Part shown: positions 30,547-40,600 of the stretch, piece after piece
Numbering within the stretch: position 1 is the first letter of the stretch
Layout of the letters: each line of letters begins with the position of its first letter
Assembly: GCA_965369865.1 (NCBI GenBank)
Contig: CBDURU010000017.1
Span: forward strand, 1 to 45,728
DNA: 45,728 nt
Direction: 5' to 3'
DNA from: an uncultured bacterium
GTDB taxonomy: Bacteria; JAJVIF01; JAPKYR01
Notes under the pieces: generated by a model
Database searches by the model: none
What the model saw: only the letters and a program-made list of their open reading frames with translations
Told to the model about the DNA's origin: nothing
Made by a program: the position numbers and the translations under genes

Positions 30547-31059
30547 GATGTGTCCGGTTGTTCAAATTAGTTAGTTCTTTGCCGTGCAGTAATCTATGGA
30601 GGAGATTAAGGAATATGGTCTGTATTGGTTCTCTCTGTTTATCCCCTCAAATAGACTCCCCGGCCTGCTCAATCCATGTTATTGAAACTTTTACGTTCTG
30701 TGAGATTTCAACGACCCTACTTGCCTACAGGCAATTGGTAAACCAAACGGGGAGAGTTGAACAGGTTCCTGCAACCTGAACCTGGCCAGGCCTTGAAGAA
30801 ATTCGCCAGTACCCGTATTTTATCGGCATTTGCTTGGATTGGAAGAAAAGATGGACAGTCAATTGCAAATATGTTAAGGGAATTTTTATCATGTAATTTA
30901 TTTCTTAATATTGGGACATTATGGCCCAACCGGACAATATTTACCATGTTTTGAGCAATATTAATATAACTTAAACATAATTAGCAAGGTTTTAACCGAT
31001 TTTTTGCCTATTTTCAATATTCTCATTCTCGATTTTTAGCAAATATTAACTCCTGGTAA

Positions 31060-31087
31060 CAAAAAAACCGCAGTGCTTATGCGGTTT
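31060..31087 (-). terminator. Intrinsic terminator downstream of the RodZ-like gene
   Basis: Minus strand reads aaaccgca-taagcac-tgcggttt followed by further T residues. Confidence 0.7.
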
Positions 31088-31214
31088 CTGGGTCTGCCAA
31101 ATCGCAAATACATGGCAGTAATTCTTTAAAGATTAATATTTCTTAATGCCAAAAAAATGCCAATCAACGGGTTTTTAAAACATCTTATACATTTTTCAGC
31201 GTGGCACTTTAAAC

Positions 31215-32081
31215 TTACTCATTATTATCATTTTCAGGATTCTCTTCCCCATTCTCTTCCTGATCAGCGTTTGCCGATGTTTCAGTGTCACCGGCTTCAT
31301 TCTCCTCGACTTCAGGCTCCGGTTCGTTCTCGGTAAAAATTTGAACACCCGGTGGCAAGACCATGTCGAATTCGCCATGGCCCCACTCGAGTAGTTCGCC
31401 GTCTAAATATACTTCAAGCTTTTCAGGACGACCGGCATGTACATGGAAACCGAAAATGTCGTTGTAGGTCAACTCATCGTCACGGTACATCGTCGCACGC
31501 CATAGCACTCCATCCCGTGTATCAACCTCCACCCAGCATTCACCGGCTGCAATCAGGATTAGTTCATGGACATTTGAGCCGGTTTCACCAACAGGGGCAA
31601 TCCCGGTGTCACGAGGAATGTCCCATGGACTGGGATCTGTTGGCTCAACATGGAGCTGTTGAGTGCTCTGGACCCTGTTATCAGGCTGTTCAGTTTCGAC
31701 CGCGGCGTTATTTTTAAACATTCCCGCGATCCCTGTGGGGATCCCAATGATAATGATAAGTATCAAGAGGATTTTCGAACCGACCCGGATTATCCTTGCC
31801 GTGTCCCATTCGCCCCCCATAGGGTTATCCTCAGCCTGGACCTGTTCCGGGGGTTTATTTTCCCGGGACCTGGCAATGTTATCAATGTAGTCGGCCACGC
31901 CAAGGAAATCCGCGTACTTGTTAAAGTAAGCACGCTGGTACGTTTCACCGGGAATAGCGTCGAAATCCCCCGCCTCGATGGCGTTTATGTATTTTTCCTG
32001 GATAAGAAGCTCGCTGGCTACCTGGGCTACCGTCAGGCCTTTTTCCTTGCGGACTTCCATTAGAAGTTTACCAATCTGCAT
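31215..32081 (-). CDS. RodZ-like protein (HTH, TM helix, DUF4115)
   Basis: IGKLLMEVRKEKGLT..VASELLI..YINAIEAGDF..IPGETY.RAY...YADFLG; TM helix; ECWVEV...HAGRPEKLEVYLDG; ATG at 32081. Confidence 0.85.
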   Translation of the reverse strand: MQIGKLLMEVRKEKGLTVAQVASELLIQEKYINAIEAGDFDAIPGETYQRAYFNKYADFLGVADYIDNIARSRENKPPEQVQAEDNPMGGEWDTARIIRVGSKILLILIIIIGIPTGIAGMFKNNAAVETEQPDNRVQSTQQLHVEPTDPSPWDIPRDTGIAPVGETGSNVHELILIAAGECWVEVDTRDGVLWRATMYRDDELTYNDIFGFHVHAGRPEKLEVYLDGELLEWGHGEFDMVLPPGVQIFTENEPEPEVEENEAGDTETSANADQEENGEENPENDNNE

Positions 32082-32225
32082 CCTGTCTCTCCAACCATTC
32101 GTTATTGATAACGACATACAAAACACCCCGGAAATTTTTAGACCGGGATATCTATACCAAGCCAATTATAGCAGCTCAGCCTGGTTTAATCGACTTTCAG
32201 TTACAATGATATTGGATATTTATAA

Positions 32226-32492
32226 CTATGTTAAAAACCTGGTGATTACCTCCCAGGCATCCATCATCTGGTCAAGAGCTCTGTGCCTGCCCATTTGAAA
32301 TTCAGTTAAAGAAATTAAGAAGATTCTCATGAAAAATACAACTACAGTCATCGTAAACAATGAGATAACCCAGGAAGGTAAACCGAACTTCCCCCGTACA
32401 AGGTTGTCAATGGTGATAAAAAAGAATACTATCGCTGTCAGGAAGCATCCAAATGCCAGTTTCACATATAATGGGTCGACTAATGCCATCAT
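32226..32492 (-). CDS. Small hypothetical membrane protein (two TM helices)
   Basis: 88-aa ORF with two hydrophobic helices, co-oriented with its neighbours. Confidence 0.55.
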   Translation of the reverse strand: MMALVDPLYVKLAFGCFLTAIVFFFITIDNLVRGKFGLPSWVISLFTMTVVVFFMRIFLISLTEFQMGRHRALDQMMDAWEVITRFLT

Positions 32493-32680
32493 AATTTCCT
32501 GTGTTTATTTTTTTTACACCAACACCCCCGAAAGGGGAGCTGACGCAGATAGCATATTATAGCATAATATGTTTCAATTATCAAGGGCCTTAGTGCTATA
32601 AAGCTGATCTTTTTTACCGGTTGTGCATTCTGCCTCAAATCACTGATTACAACCACAGGATGTAAATTCTTTAATATTTA

Positions 32681-33853
32681 TTAATTTGGTGCAGGCCGAT
32701 GCCGATTTTCAAGCTTCGTTTGCGGCACATGGAAGAACAGGGTGAACGTCACATCGTTCTCAATATCCATCCCTTTTATTCCAGGCCCACACCAGAGTTT
32801 CTGTATCTGTCCTGTAAGCTCTGAAGGTTTGACATTTACCGATTCATCAAGGGTTTTCAGAAGCGAGGTGAGGCCCTGCCGGATTGTGTAACCGGGTCCC
32901 GAAGTAACCAGGCCCTCCGTATAACAAAGAAGCCGGTCATCCGGACCGAATTCAAGCTCGATATTTTTGTACCTGATTTTCGAGTGGATTCCTAATGGGA
33001 TATCATCGGTCGTAATAGAGATTTTACCTTTTTCCGGCTGTACGAGGAAAACGGGGTGATGGCCTGCGGATGCAAACCAGGCCCGGCCGCAGCTTTTTTC
33101 AAGTAAAAGAACGATTCCTGTAAGGAGTGAATCGTTATATACATCCTGGCAGAGCGCATCGTTCATTTTTGATAATAACTCACCCGGAAATTCCGATGCT
33201 TTTAAAGAGTTGAAATCTTCGCGGTACACTTTCAGGTATGAGGTAAGCATCATCTGCACAACCCTGGCGCCATTGTCATGCCCGGAAACGTCACCGAGGA
33301 AATACAATATGTAATCAGGGTTGATCTCCTCGATGAAAAGCACATCGCCGCCCTTGCCCGCCACCGGTCGGTGAAAACTCATCATTTGCCAGTTACTTGT
33401 CCCGTTCATGGGATTTGCGGGCATTTTTATGAGCGGGAACATCGCGCCGTTGCAGCCATCAAGAAGGTTATCCCACAGTGGATCATTATTCCCCAGGGTG
33501 GTTTCCCTTAAATTTACGATCCAGTATCCAACCCAGCCAAGCTGGACAGGTTTCCATGAAAGTTCGAGTGGCTTCTTGTGACCGTTAACTTTGGTTTCAG
33601 CATGGTTTATCCATTTACCCGGGATTTTTGAATTACAAATCGAAGCGCCAGGTGTTGAAACAGGGGGGGGTAATTCGACCCGGAAAATATCGTGGAAATC
33701 CATTCCCACGAGTTCAGAATTGCTGATTTCCAGGAGGTCGGCACAGGCATCGTTAATGCGCACGATTTTACCGCTGGACTGTGCTACCAATACAACTGGC
33801 CCGGCATCCGGCGATTGCCGGATATCTGGAAGACTTCCAGTTAATACACCCAT
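32681..33853 (-). CDS. PAS-like domain plus SpoIIE/RsbU-type PP2C phosphatase domain, possibly catalytically degenerate
   Basis: INDACADLLEIS..ELVG (PAS-like); GGD, GDVSGH, SAGHHP, PLGI; YTEG and NDVT in place of YTDG and DDxT; GAGGAG RBS. Confidence 0.85.
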   Translation of the reverse strand: MGVLTGSLPDIRQSPDAGPVVLVAQSSGKIVRINDACADLLEISNSELVGMDFHDIFRVELPPPVSTPGASICNSKIPGKWINHAETKVNGHKKPLELSWKPVQLGWVGYWIVNLRETTLGNNDPLWDNLLDGCNGAMFPLIKMPANPMNGTSNWQMMSFHRPVAGKGGDVLFIEEINPDYILYFLGDVSGHDNGARVVQMMLTSYLKVYREDFNSLKASEFPGELLSKMNDALCQDVYNDSLLTGIVLLLEKSCGRAWFASAGHHPVFLVQPEKGKISITTDDIPLGIHSKIRYKNIELEFGPDDRLLCYTEGLVTSGPGYTIRQGLTSLLKTLDESVNVKPSELTGQIQKLWCGPGIKGMDIENDVTFTLFFHVPQTKLENRHRPAPN

Positions 33854-34003
33854 TAATTTTGCTCCTCAATCTTCCTCATGTATTGCTGACAGTTGAACTA
33901 ATATAAAATCAGCGATAGATGCATTGCCTTGATTTAAGAAATTTAATGTTTCCTAAAATCTGGTTCATTAATTGCATGTTATATAGTTGTTAAATAAGCT
34001 GGA

Positions 34004-34906
34004 TTGGGGTACTTTATCCGCCGTGATATGAATCAGGACCTGGAGACAGACTATATAGTCCGGATTAATATGCAAGAGATCGATCCCCGGAATGCATCGG
34101 TCAGCATTTTTGACCATGGTTTCCTTTTCGGTGACTCGATCTACGAGGTCGTTCGTACGGTGAACGGGAAACCGTACGCGTGGAAAGAACATCTCAAGAG
34201 GCTGAGGGGTTCCTGCAGGAGTATAAATCTTGAATTACCATGGACCGATGAGGATCTCTACGGGGATGTCGATACCGCGATCGCATCGAAAATGTGGGAC
34301 GGCGAGACATATATAAGGCTGATTATCACGCGAGGGGTAGGGCGGATCGACCTGATGCCGCGGACTTGTAAGGATCCGAACCTGATTGTGATCGCAAAGG
34401 AACTCCCGGAACTCCGTGCAAGGCTTCACGAAATCGGGCTGGTTATTTGTGTTACCGAAGTCAAGAGGAATTCCCGTCTCGCGATGGACCCGGCAATCAA
34501 AAGTGGAAATTATCTCAACAATGTACTGGCATTGATCGAGGCTCGCGGGAAAGGAGCGGATGACTCCATAATGCTGAACGAGAACGATCATCTCACTGAG
34601 TGCTCAACAAGCAATTTCTTTCTCGTAAAAGACGGTGCGGTTAAAACCCCGTCGCTGGATTGTGGGATCCTGGCAGGTATCATAAGGGAGAAGATTATCG
34701 GAATTGCCGCTAATGAGGGATTTTCGATAGAAGAGACAAGCCTTACACTGGATGACTTGAGATCGGCCGATGAGGTATTCATTACAGGAACGGTAAAGGG
34801 AGTCGTGCCGGTGAACAGGATTATCGGGCAGGTTGAATGGGAAGGCGAACCGGGTGCGATAACGGAACAATTACGGGAAGCGTTTTACGTATCATCAGGG
34901 ATGTGA
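34004..34906 (+). CDS. Class IV PLP-dependent aminotransferase (IlvE/Dat/PabC family)
   Basis: DHGFLFGDSIYEVVR, HLKRL, IKSGNY (catalytic Lys), ECSTSNFF, ILAGIIR, ADEVFITGT. Start may be ATG at 34028. Confidence 0.92.
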   Translation: MGYFIRRDMNQDLETDYIVRINMQEIDPRNASVSIFDHGFLFGDSIYEVVRTVNGKPYAWKEHLKRLRGSCRSINLELPWTDEDLYGDVDTAIASKMWDGETYIRLIITRGVGRIDLMPRTCKDPNLIVIAKELPELRARLHEIGLVICVTEVKRNSRLAMDPAIKSGNYLNNVLALIEARGKGADDSIMLNENDHLTECSTSNFFLVKDGAVKTPSLDCGILAGIIREKIIGIAANEGFSIEETSLTLDDLRSADEVFITGTVKGVVPVNRIIGQVEWEGEPGAITEQLREAFYVSSGM

Positions 34907-34971
34907 GGCCATCTTTATCGGTGAGACGTTTCTTATATTCAGATACAGGTGGATTTGCTATACTTATTCCA

Positions 34972-35214
34972 ATGCTCTCGCGAATTTTTGCCATTATCGG
35001 AATCCTGTTTGCGCTCCTTGGAGTAGTGATTGCCCCTGGCTTTCTCTATCGAAAATTACGCAGGAAGCCCCTCCCCATTCACCGGCTCAACCCCGATGAA
35101 TCGGATATCCCGTGGGACCTCTCGAGATGGATTCCGGTCGGTTTCAATGACATGCGTGGCCCGATCCCTAAAAAAGAATGGACCTGGATGCCCGGGTTCC
35201 GAAGAGTAAAATAA
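34972..35214 (+). CDS. Small (80 aa) single-TM hypothetical protein, probably leaderless
   Basis: MLSRIFAIIGILFALLGVVIAPGFLYRKLRRK...; TGCTATACT ends 7 nt before the ATG. Confidence 0.55.
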   Translation: MLSRIFAIIGILFALLGVVIAPGFLYRKLRRKPLPIHRLNPDESDIPWDLSRWIPVGFNDMRGPIPKKEWTWMPGFRRVK

Positions 35215-35309
35215 TTTCCAGTTCAGTTATACCAGGTATTAACCATTTTTAACCACTGCGAATTAATTTACAGGTTTCCGGATGATTATGATTAAAGTGA
35301 AAAATGAAA

Positions 35310-35388
35310 AAACCGTAGAACAGCACGGCAGTGCGTCTTCCATCTTAAAACAATGCTTTCGACGCACTGCCGTGCTGTTCTACGGTTT
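35310..35388. repeat. Perfect 28-bp inverted repeat (GTAG-class REP pair) between convergent genes
   Basis: aaaccgtagaacagcacggcagtgcgtc (35310-35337) / gacgcactgccgtgctgttctacggttt (35361-35388). Confidence 0.9.
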
Positions 35389-35451
35389 GTCGTTTTTTCG
35401 AGAGCTTTAAATGACTAATTTTTTCTATATTAACAGGAAGCAACCTTCAAC

Positions 35452-36321
35452 CTACAACTCAGCTTTGACCCTTTCCCGGTAGGCTTCAAGCAATAATTTA
35501 GCTACCGGCTCCGCGTTTCCATCCTCGCCAATCAGGTTCCCGTCGATTTCCCGGATAGGCATTACTTCGATAAGGCTGTTAACTATGAAAGCCTCATCGG
35601 AATTCAGAAGCATTTTCTGGCTGATCCGGCGTTCGGACACTGTGAATGTGGCCTCCCTGGCAAGATCGATTACAAGCTGCCGGGAGACATCGAGGTTGAT
35701 TCCGTCCTTTACGGGCGGTGTGGTGATTTTTCCATTCTTGACAACAAACAGGTTTGTTGTGGAACCCTCGCAGATTCCACCTTCGGTATTCTGAATCAGG
35801 ACCTCATCGATGCCACGTTCCCATGCCAGGCGTCGGCTGAGGATCATGGGCAGGAAGCAGAGTGTGTTGTGTCCCGCGATCGGGTTGTATGGGCTCGAGC
35901 GGTAACTTGAGATCCGTGCGTTGATTCCCAGATTATATTTCTTGGCCTTGGGCGGGGAAAATTTGCGGACATGGGCAAACGTGTTAGTCGTCAGACCGTT
36001 CGGACTTGAGATGTCATTCAATTTTGAGCCGAAAACAGTGATCCGGATGAATCCGTTTCCCTCAGTAGCATCGTTCTGCCTGAGGAGTTCCCTTGTGATA
36101 AGCCAGAGGTTGTCTTCATCATACATGAGGTGAAGCTGCAAAGCCTCGCAGCTTGCCCTGAGGCGTTCGTAATGCTCGGGGAACATGAACGGGACGCCAT
36201 CGTAGCTTCGCAAAACCTCGAAGATACCGTCCCCGTAAAGCAGACCGGTGGAAAGCGGGCTAATCATAGCCTCATCTTCCCAGCATATTTCCCCATTTAA
36301 GAACACGCGGCTCTGGGCCAT
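35452..36321 (-). CDS. Class IV aminotransferase-fold protein lacking the PLP-binding lysine
   Basis: GLLYGDGIFEVLR, HYERL, EGSTTNLF and SDEAF are conserved; GHNTLCF stands where GHKTxNY is expected; GGAGGA RBS. Confidence 0.85.
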   Translation of the reverse strand: MAQSRVFLNGEICWEDEAMISPLSTGLLYGDGIFEVLRSYDGVPFMFPEHYERLRASCEALQLHLMYDEDNLWLITRELLRQNDATEGNGFIRITVFGSKLNDISSPNGLTTNTFAHVRKFSPPKAKKYNLGINARISSYRSSPYNPIAGHNTLCFLPMILSRRLAWERGIDEVLIQNTEGGICEGSTTNLFVVKNGKITTPPVKDGINLDVSRQLVIDLAREATFTVSERRISQKMLLNSDEAFIVNSLIEVMPIREIDGNLIGEDGNAEPVAKLLLEAYRERVKAEL

Positions 36322-36577
36322 CTGATCTGTTCCTCCGAGTTGTAGTAAACCGGCAGACGCAAGTTATATTTACGACTTAATATCGTTTCAGACAGTCCGG
36401 ATTATGCAAGATGGATCGACCGAGTGAGGTTTTCATTAATAAATGGGAATTCCGTGAAATATCAGGAACATGCCGGGATTCGATTCGTCTAACGGACTGA
36501 TCCACATCCTTGTTGATGGCAGGTAAGTAAGATCATCCGGTCGAACTTTCCTGCCTTTTCCAATTTAGAGCGGGTTT

Positions 36578-37468
36578 TTACTGAACCAGACCGGCTTCCT
36601 TCAATGCGGCGTCCACAATTGTACGGCCCTCGTCCGAAAGTGGCGTTAACGGCAGGCGGTGCCCTCCGACAGGTGTACCGATTCTATTCAGTGCATATTT
36701 GATCGGAATTGGGTTCGTGCTGCAGAAAAGCGCCTCGAACAGTGGAATCAGTGACACATGTATATCCCGTGACTTCTCGATATCACCTTTAAAAAAACTT
36801 TTGATCATCTCGCTGATTTTCGCGCCGACCAGGTGGCTCGCGACCGAAATGACCCCTACCGCCCCAACTGAAAGCATGGGTAGCGTCAGGGCATCATCGC
36901 CGGAATAAATCGCGAATTTATCCAGAGGCGTCATCGAGCGGATCTTCGCTACAGCTTCCACACTTCCCGATGCTTCCTTAACCGCGACAACATTTGAGAT
37001 TTCCGATAGTTTCGCGATGGTTTCGGGATTGCAGTTCACACCTGTCCGTCCGGGAATGTTGTAGAGAACGACCGGGGTATCGACCGATTCCGCGATCGCA
37101 CGGAAATGCGCTTCGAGGCCGTCCTGCGTGGGTTTGTTGTAGTACGGATTCACGAGAAGGAGGCCGTCGATCCGTTTACCCGCGACCTTTTTGGAAAGCT
37201 CGAGTGATTTCGCAGTCGAGTTTGTGCCGGTACCGACCATGATTTTTGTGCCGTCGGGGACATTGGCCCTGACAGTGTCGATCAGCGAGAGCAGCTCGGA
37301 TTCCATAAGTGTAGGGCTTTCACCGGTAGTGCCACCGATCAGGATTGTATCGGTGCCTGTTTTAACGAGACGTTTCGCGAGGCCCTCCACAAGATCGTCG
37401 GCCACTTTCCCTTCCACGTCGAACGGGGTCACCATCGCGGTAACGATATTTCCGAAAGGTGCGAACAT
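36578..37468 (-). CDS. dapA: 4-hydroxy-tetrahydrodipicolinate synthase
   Basis: TAMVTPF, GTTGESPTL, PYYNKP, LYNIPGRT, VKEASG, YSGDD, NPIPIK. Confidence 0.97.
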   Translation of the reverse strand: MFAPFGNIVTAMVTPFDVEGKVADDLVEGLAKRLVKTGTDTILIGGTTGESPTLMESELLSLIDTVRANVPDGTKIMVGTGTNSTAKSLELSKKVAGKRIDGLLLVNPYYNKPTQDGLEAHFRAIAESVDTPVVLYNIPGRTGVNCNPETIAKLSEISNVVAVKEASGSVEAVAKIRSMTPLDKFAIYSGDDALTLPMLSVGAVGVISVASHLVGAKISEMIKSFFKGDIEKSRDIHVSLIPLFEALFCSTNPIPIKYALNRIGTPVGGHRLPLTPLSDEGRTIVDAALKEAGLVQ

Positions 37469-37677
37469 TAAAAAAGCCTCCAGGGGTTCTGTTCAACTCA
37501 GCACAAGGGACATGGTGCATTAATCGGACCAATCGTGCAAGTTTTAAAGATAAACCGTCCTCTCCCAGGGTTTTCTGATTGTATCTGCCATATATCTTAT
37601 ATATAATTACATGTCGGCTTTAAACAAAACAGGGGTTTGTATCCTAACAGAATGCCGCAACGGAAAAGGAGATCATC

Positions 37678-40600
37678 ATGCGCTCAAGATTTGAAACACT
37701 TGGCAGGATTACACTTGTATTAATGCTATTATCAATCCTGGTTGGATGTTCAACCGGGGGTGGCGGGTCCCAACCGATATTACCCGATGAGGAAGTAACC
37801 GCTCCTGAATTGACAGGGGATTCTAATAGAACGTCTGAAAATATCGATCACTATCTCCTCCTTTACAATCTGATCTATGTCGATCCTGACAATCCGGACG
37901 GTCCAATAGTGGAAGTGATTCCGGTGCGTGCGGGGGAGCTGCATATCAACATTCTTAAATTCCTCGAGGTTGGGCCGTGTACGACCTGCTTTAAAATTGT
38001 CGGATTCAATTTCCCCGAACCGGGTGTACTGGATGTCGATATCGAGATTACCCATCCTTTCAGTGATCTGATATTTACAATTTTCGATGTTCGCGGAATC
38101 ATGATGTTTAATGCTACTCACGCATTCCCTGCATCTGGATTAACAATTTCGGATTCATCGATAGGCGATGGTGAATTAAAAAACGCTGAAGGATATACGC
38201 AGCTTTATAATGGATCAACTCTCGGCGCGGCCGGGGATTTCTTCTCATATTTCAAGGGTAAATTCGCGACACCAACTGTCCCGGACGCCGACCTGAACGG
38301 GTTTATACGTCATATTACCGACGATCCTGCAAATACACGTAACGCGTTGTACTCATCAGACTCGGTAACTCAAACGTACAGCCTTGGACTGCCGTCGGGT
38401 GAATTTGTGCTGGGCTACGCGGTCGATGCATCGTGGGATATGCCGGTTGCCGATCCGGTTGTCGATCCGATGACGGATTTTCCGGACACCGCTAACTGCA
38501 TCGAGCCATGGAAGGTTGAAATTACCGAGGAACCGGTCGGAGACGGCTTAACGGATGTGGGCGGGGAAACGAAACTCCTGATCGATGTCTACGACTGGCA
38601 GGGAAAGGAAACTTACCATGAGCCGATAGTCGAATGCCCCGAGCTTTTTAATGACACGTTGACCGCGACATGGTTTGAGGATAGCCCGGTCTATTCAAGG
38701 TACGAGGTTACGGTTTCGAATGCGTTACTTGCGGATGTCGGCGACTATACGTGCCTGATTAGCGTAGAGGCTATTGAGAACGACCCTGGCACAACTTGGT
38801 GGATCGATTTGACCGCATACCAGATTCAGATGCTGACTGTTACGGAAAAGGTTACCGAAAATCCGGTTGCTGTTGCTACGGCCGATCCCAATCCACAACT
38901 GGCAGGGCTGCCGGTCCATTTTTCAGGACTCGATTCGTACGATCCGGACGGCGGCGACATCCAGCTTTGCGAATGGGACTGGGACAACGATGGAGTGTAT
39001 GAAGAAACGGGTGCTGAGGCCGATCATACATGGCCCGATCCTGGCACATACCTTGTCCAACTTCGTGTAACAGATGATGAAGGCGAAACGGATGAACTCG
39101 ACCTGCCGTTGGAAATTGTAATTACGTACATTGAGGTCACATCACCCAACGGTGGCGAGACCCTCTACGGCGACGAATCATTTGAAATTCAGTGGGAATG
39201 GACCGGGGACATAACTTCCGTCTATATCTTCTACTCCACCGATTCCGGAGCCAATTACGACGGTACCGTGGTCCTCGGTACCGACTGCACGGGCTCATAC
39301 ATGTGGGATCCGATTCCCGGTATCGACGCCACCCAGGCACGGATTAAGATCATCGATGTGGACAATCCCGCCACGTTCGATGAATCCGATGAGGATTTCA
39401 CGATCTCATATTTAATTGCTGGTGACGGCGATCTTGCCTGGGCAAAACGCGCAGGCGGAACGGATGAGGATTATAGCCGGGACATAGTAACGTTTCCGGA
39501 CGACTCCACTGCTGTAACAGGATATTTCTCTGGTTCAGCGATATTCGGGCCGAAGGAAGTTAGTGAGACCATTCTGACGTCGGCTGGTGGTAAGGATATC
39601 TTTGTGGCCCGGTACAATCCCGACGGTACTCTCGCATGGGCGAAACGGGCAGGCGGTACGGAGGATGATCAGGGCTTTGGAATCGCAATCCTTTCGTACG
39701 AACCATTAGTTGTGACTGGATTTTTCAGGGGGACAGCGACATTCGGGAAGGGTGAAACATACGAGACTGTTCTGGTATCAGAGGGCGGATCGGATATCTT
39801 CGTGGCGAAGTACAATCCCAACGGTTATCTCGGATGGGCTAAACGGGCAGGTGGTACGGAGAATGAAATAGGCTATGCAATCACAACACGTTCGGACAAT
39901 ACCACAGTTGTGACTGGATATTTCAGGGGGACAGCGACATTCGGGAAGGGTGAAGCATTCGAGACTTCTCTGGTATCGGGTGGTGAGGCGGATATCTTCG
40001 TGGCCCGCTACAAAGATGACAGCCTTCTCGGATGGGCGAAACGTGCAGGCGGTACGGATAATGCTTATGGCAGAGAAATCACAACGCTTTCGGACGACTC
40101 CACAGTTATCATAGGGTATTTCAAGGGGACAGCGACATTCGGGAAGAGCGAAACAAACGAAACTGTCCTGGTATCATACGATGAATCTAATGATATCTTT
40201 CTGGCACGGTACAATTCTGTCGGCACGCTCGTTTGGGCGAAACACGCAGGTGGAACGTTAAGTGACCAGGGCTATGGAATCACAACGCTTTCGAACAGCT
40301 CGATAGTTGTGACAGGATCGTTCCGGAGTACAGCGACTTTCGGGGAGGGTGAAGCAAACGAAACTGTTCTGGTATCAAATGGACAAGATGATATCTTCGT
40401 GGCACGGTACTATCCCAACGGCACTCTCGAATGGGCGGTACGCGCAGGTGGAACGCTTTATGATGGTGGTCATGGAATCACAAACCTTTCCGATGACTCC
40501 ACAGTTGTGACAGGAAATTTCTACGAATCAGCGATATTCGGGGAGGGTGAAGCAAACGAAACTGTTCTGGTATCGATTGGACAAACGGATTTCTTCGTGG

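Noticed and set aside
20083..33853. Sporulation gene cluster (GerMN, amidase, sigma factor, SpoIIE-type phosphatase)
   Set aside because: All four families are widespread in non-sporulating bacteria, the genes are not contiguous, and no specific sporulation genes are present.
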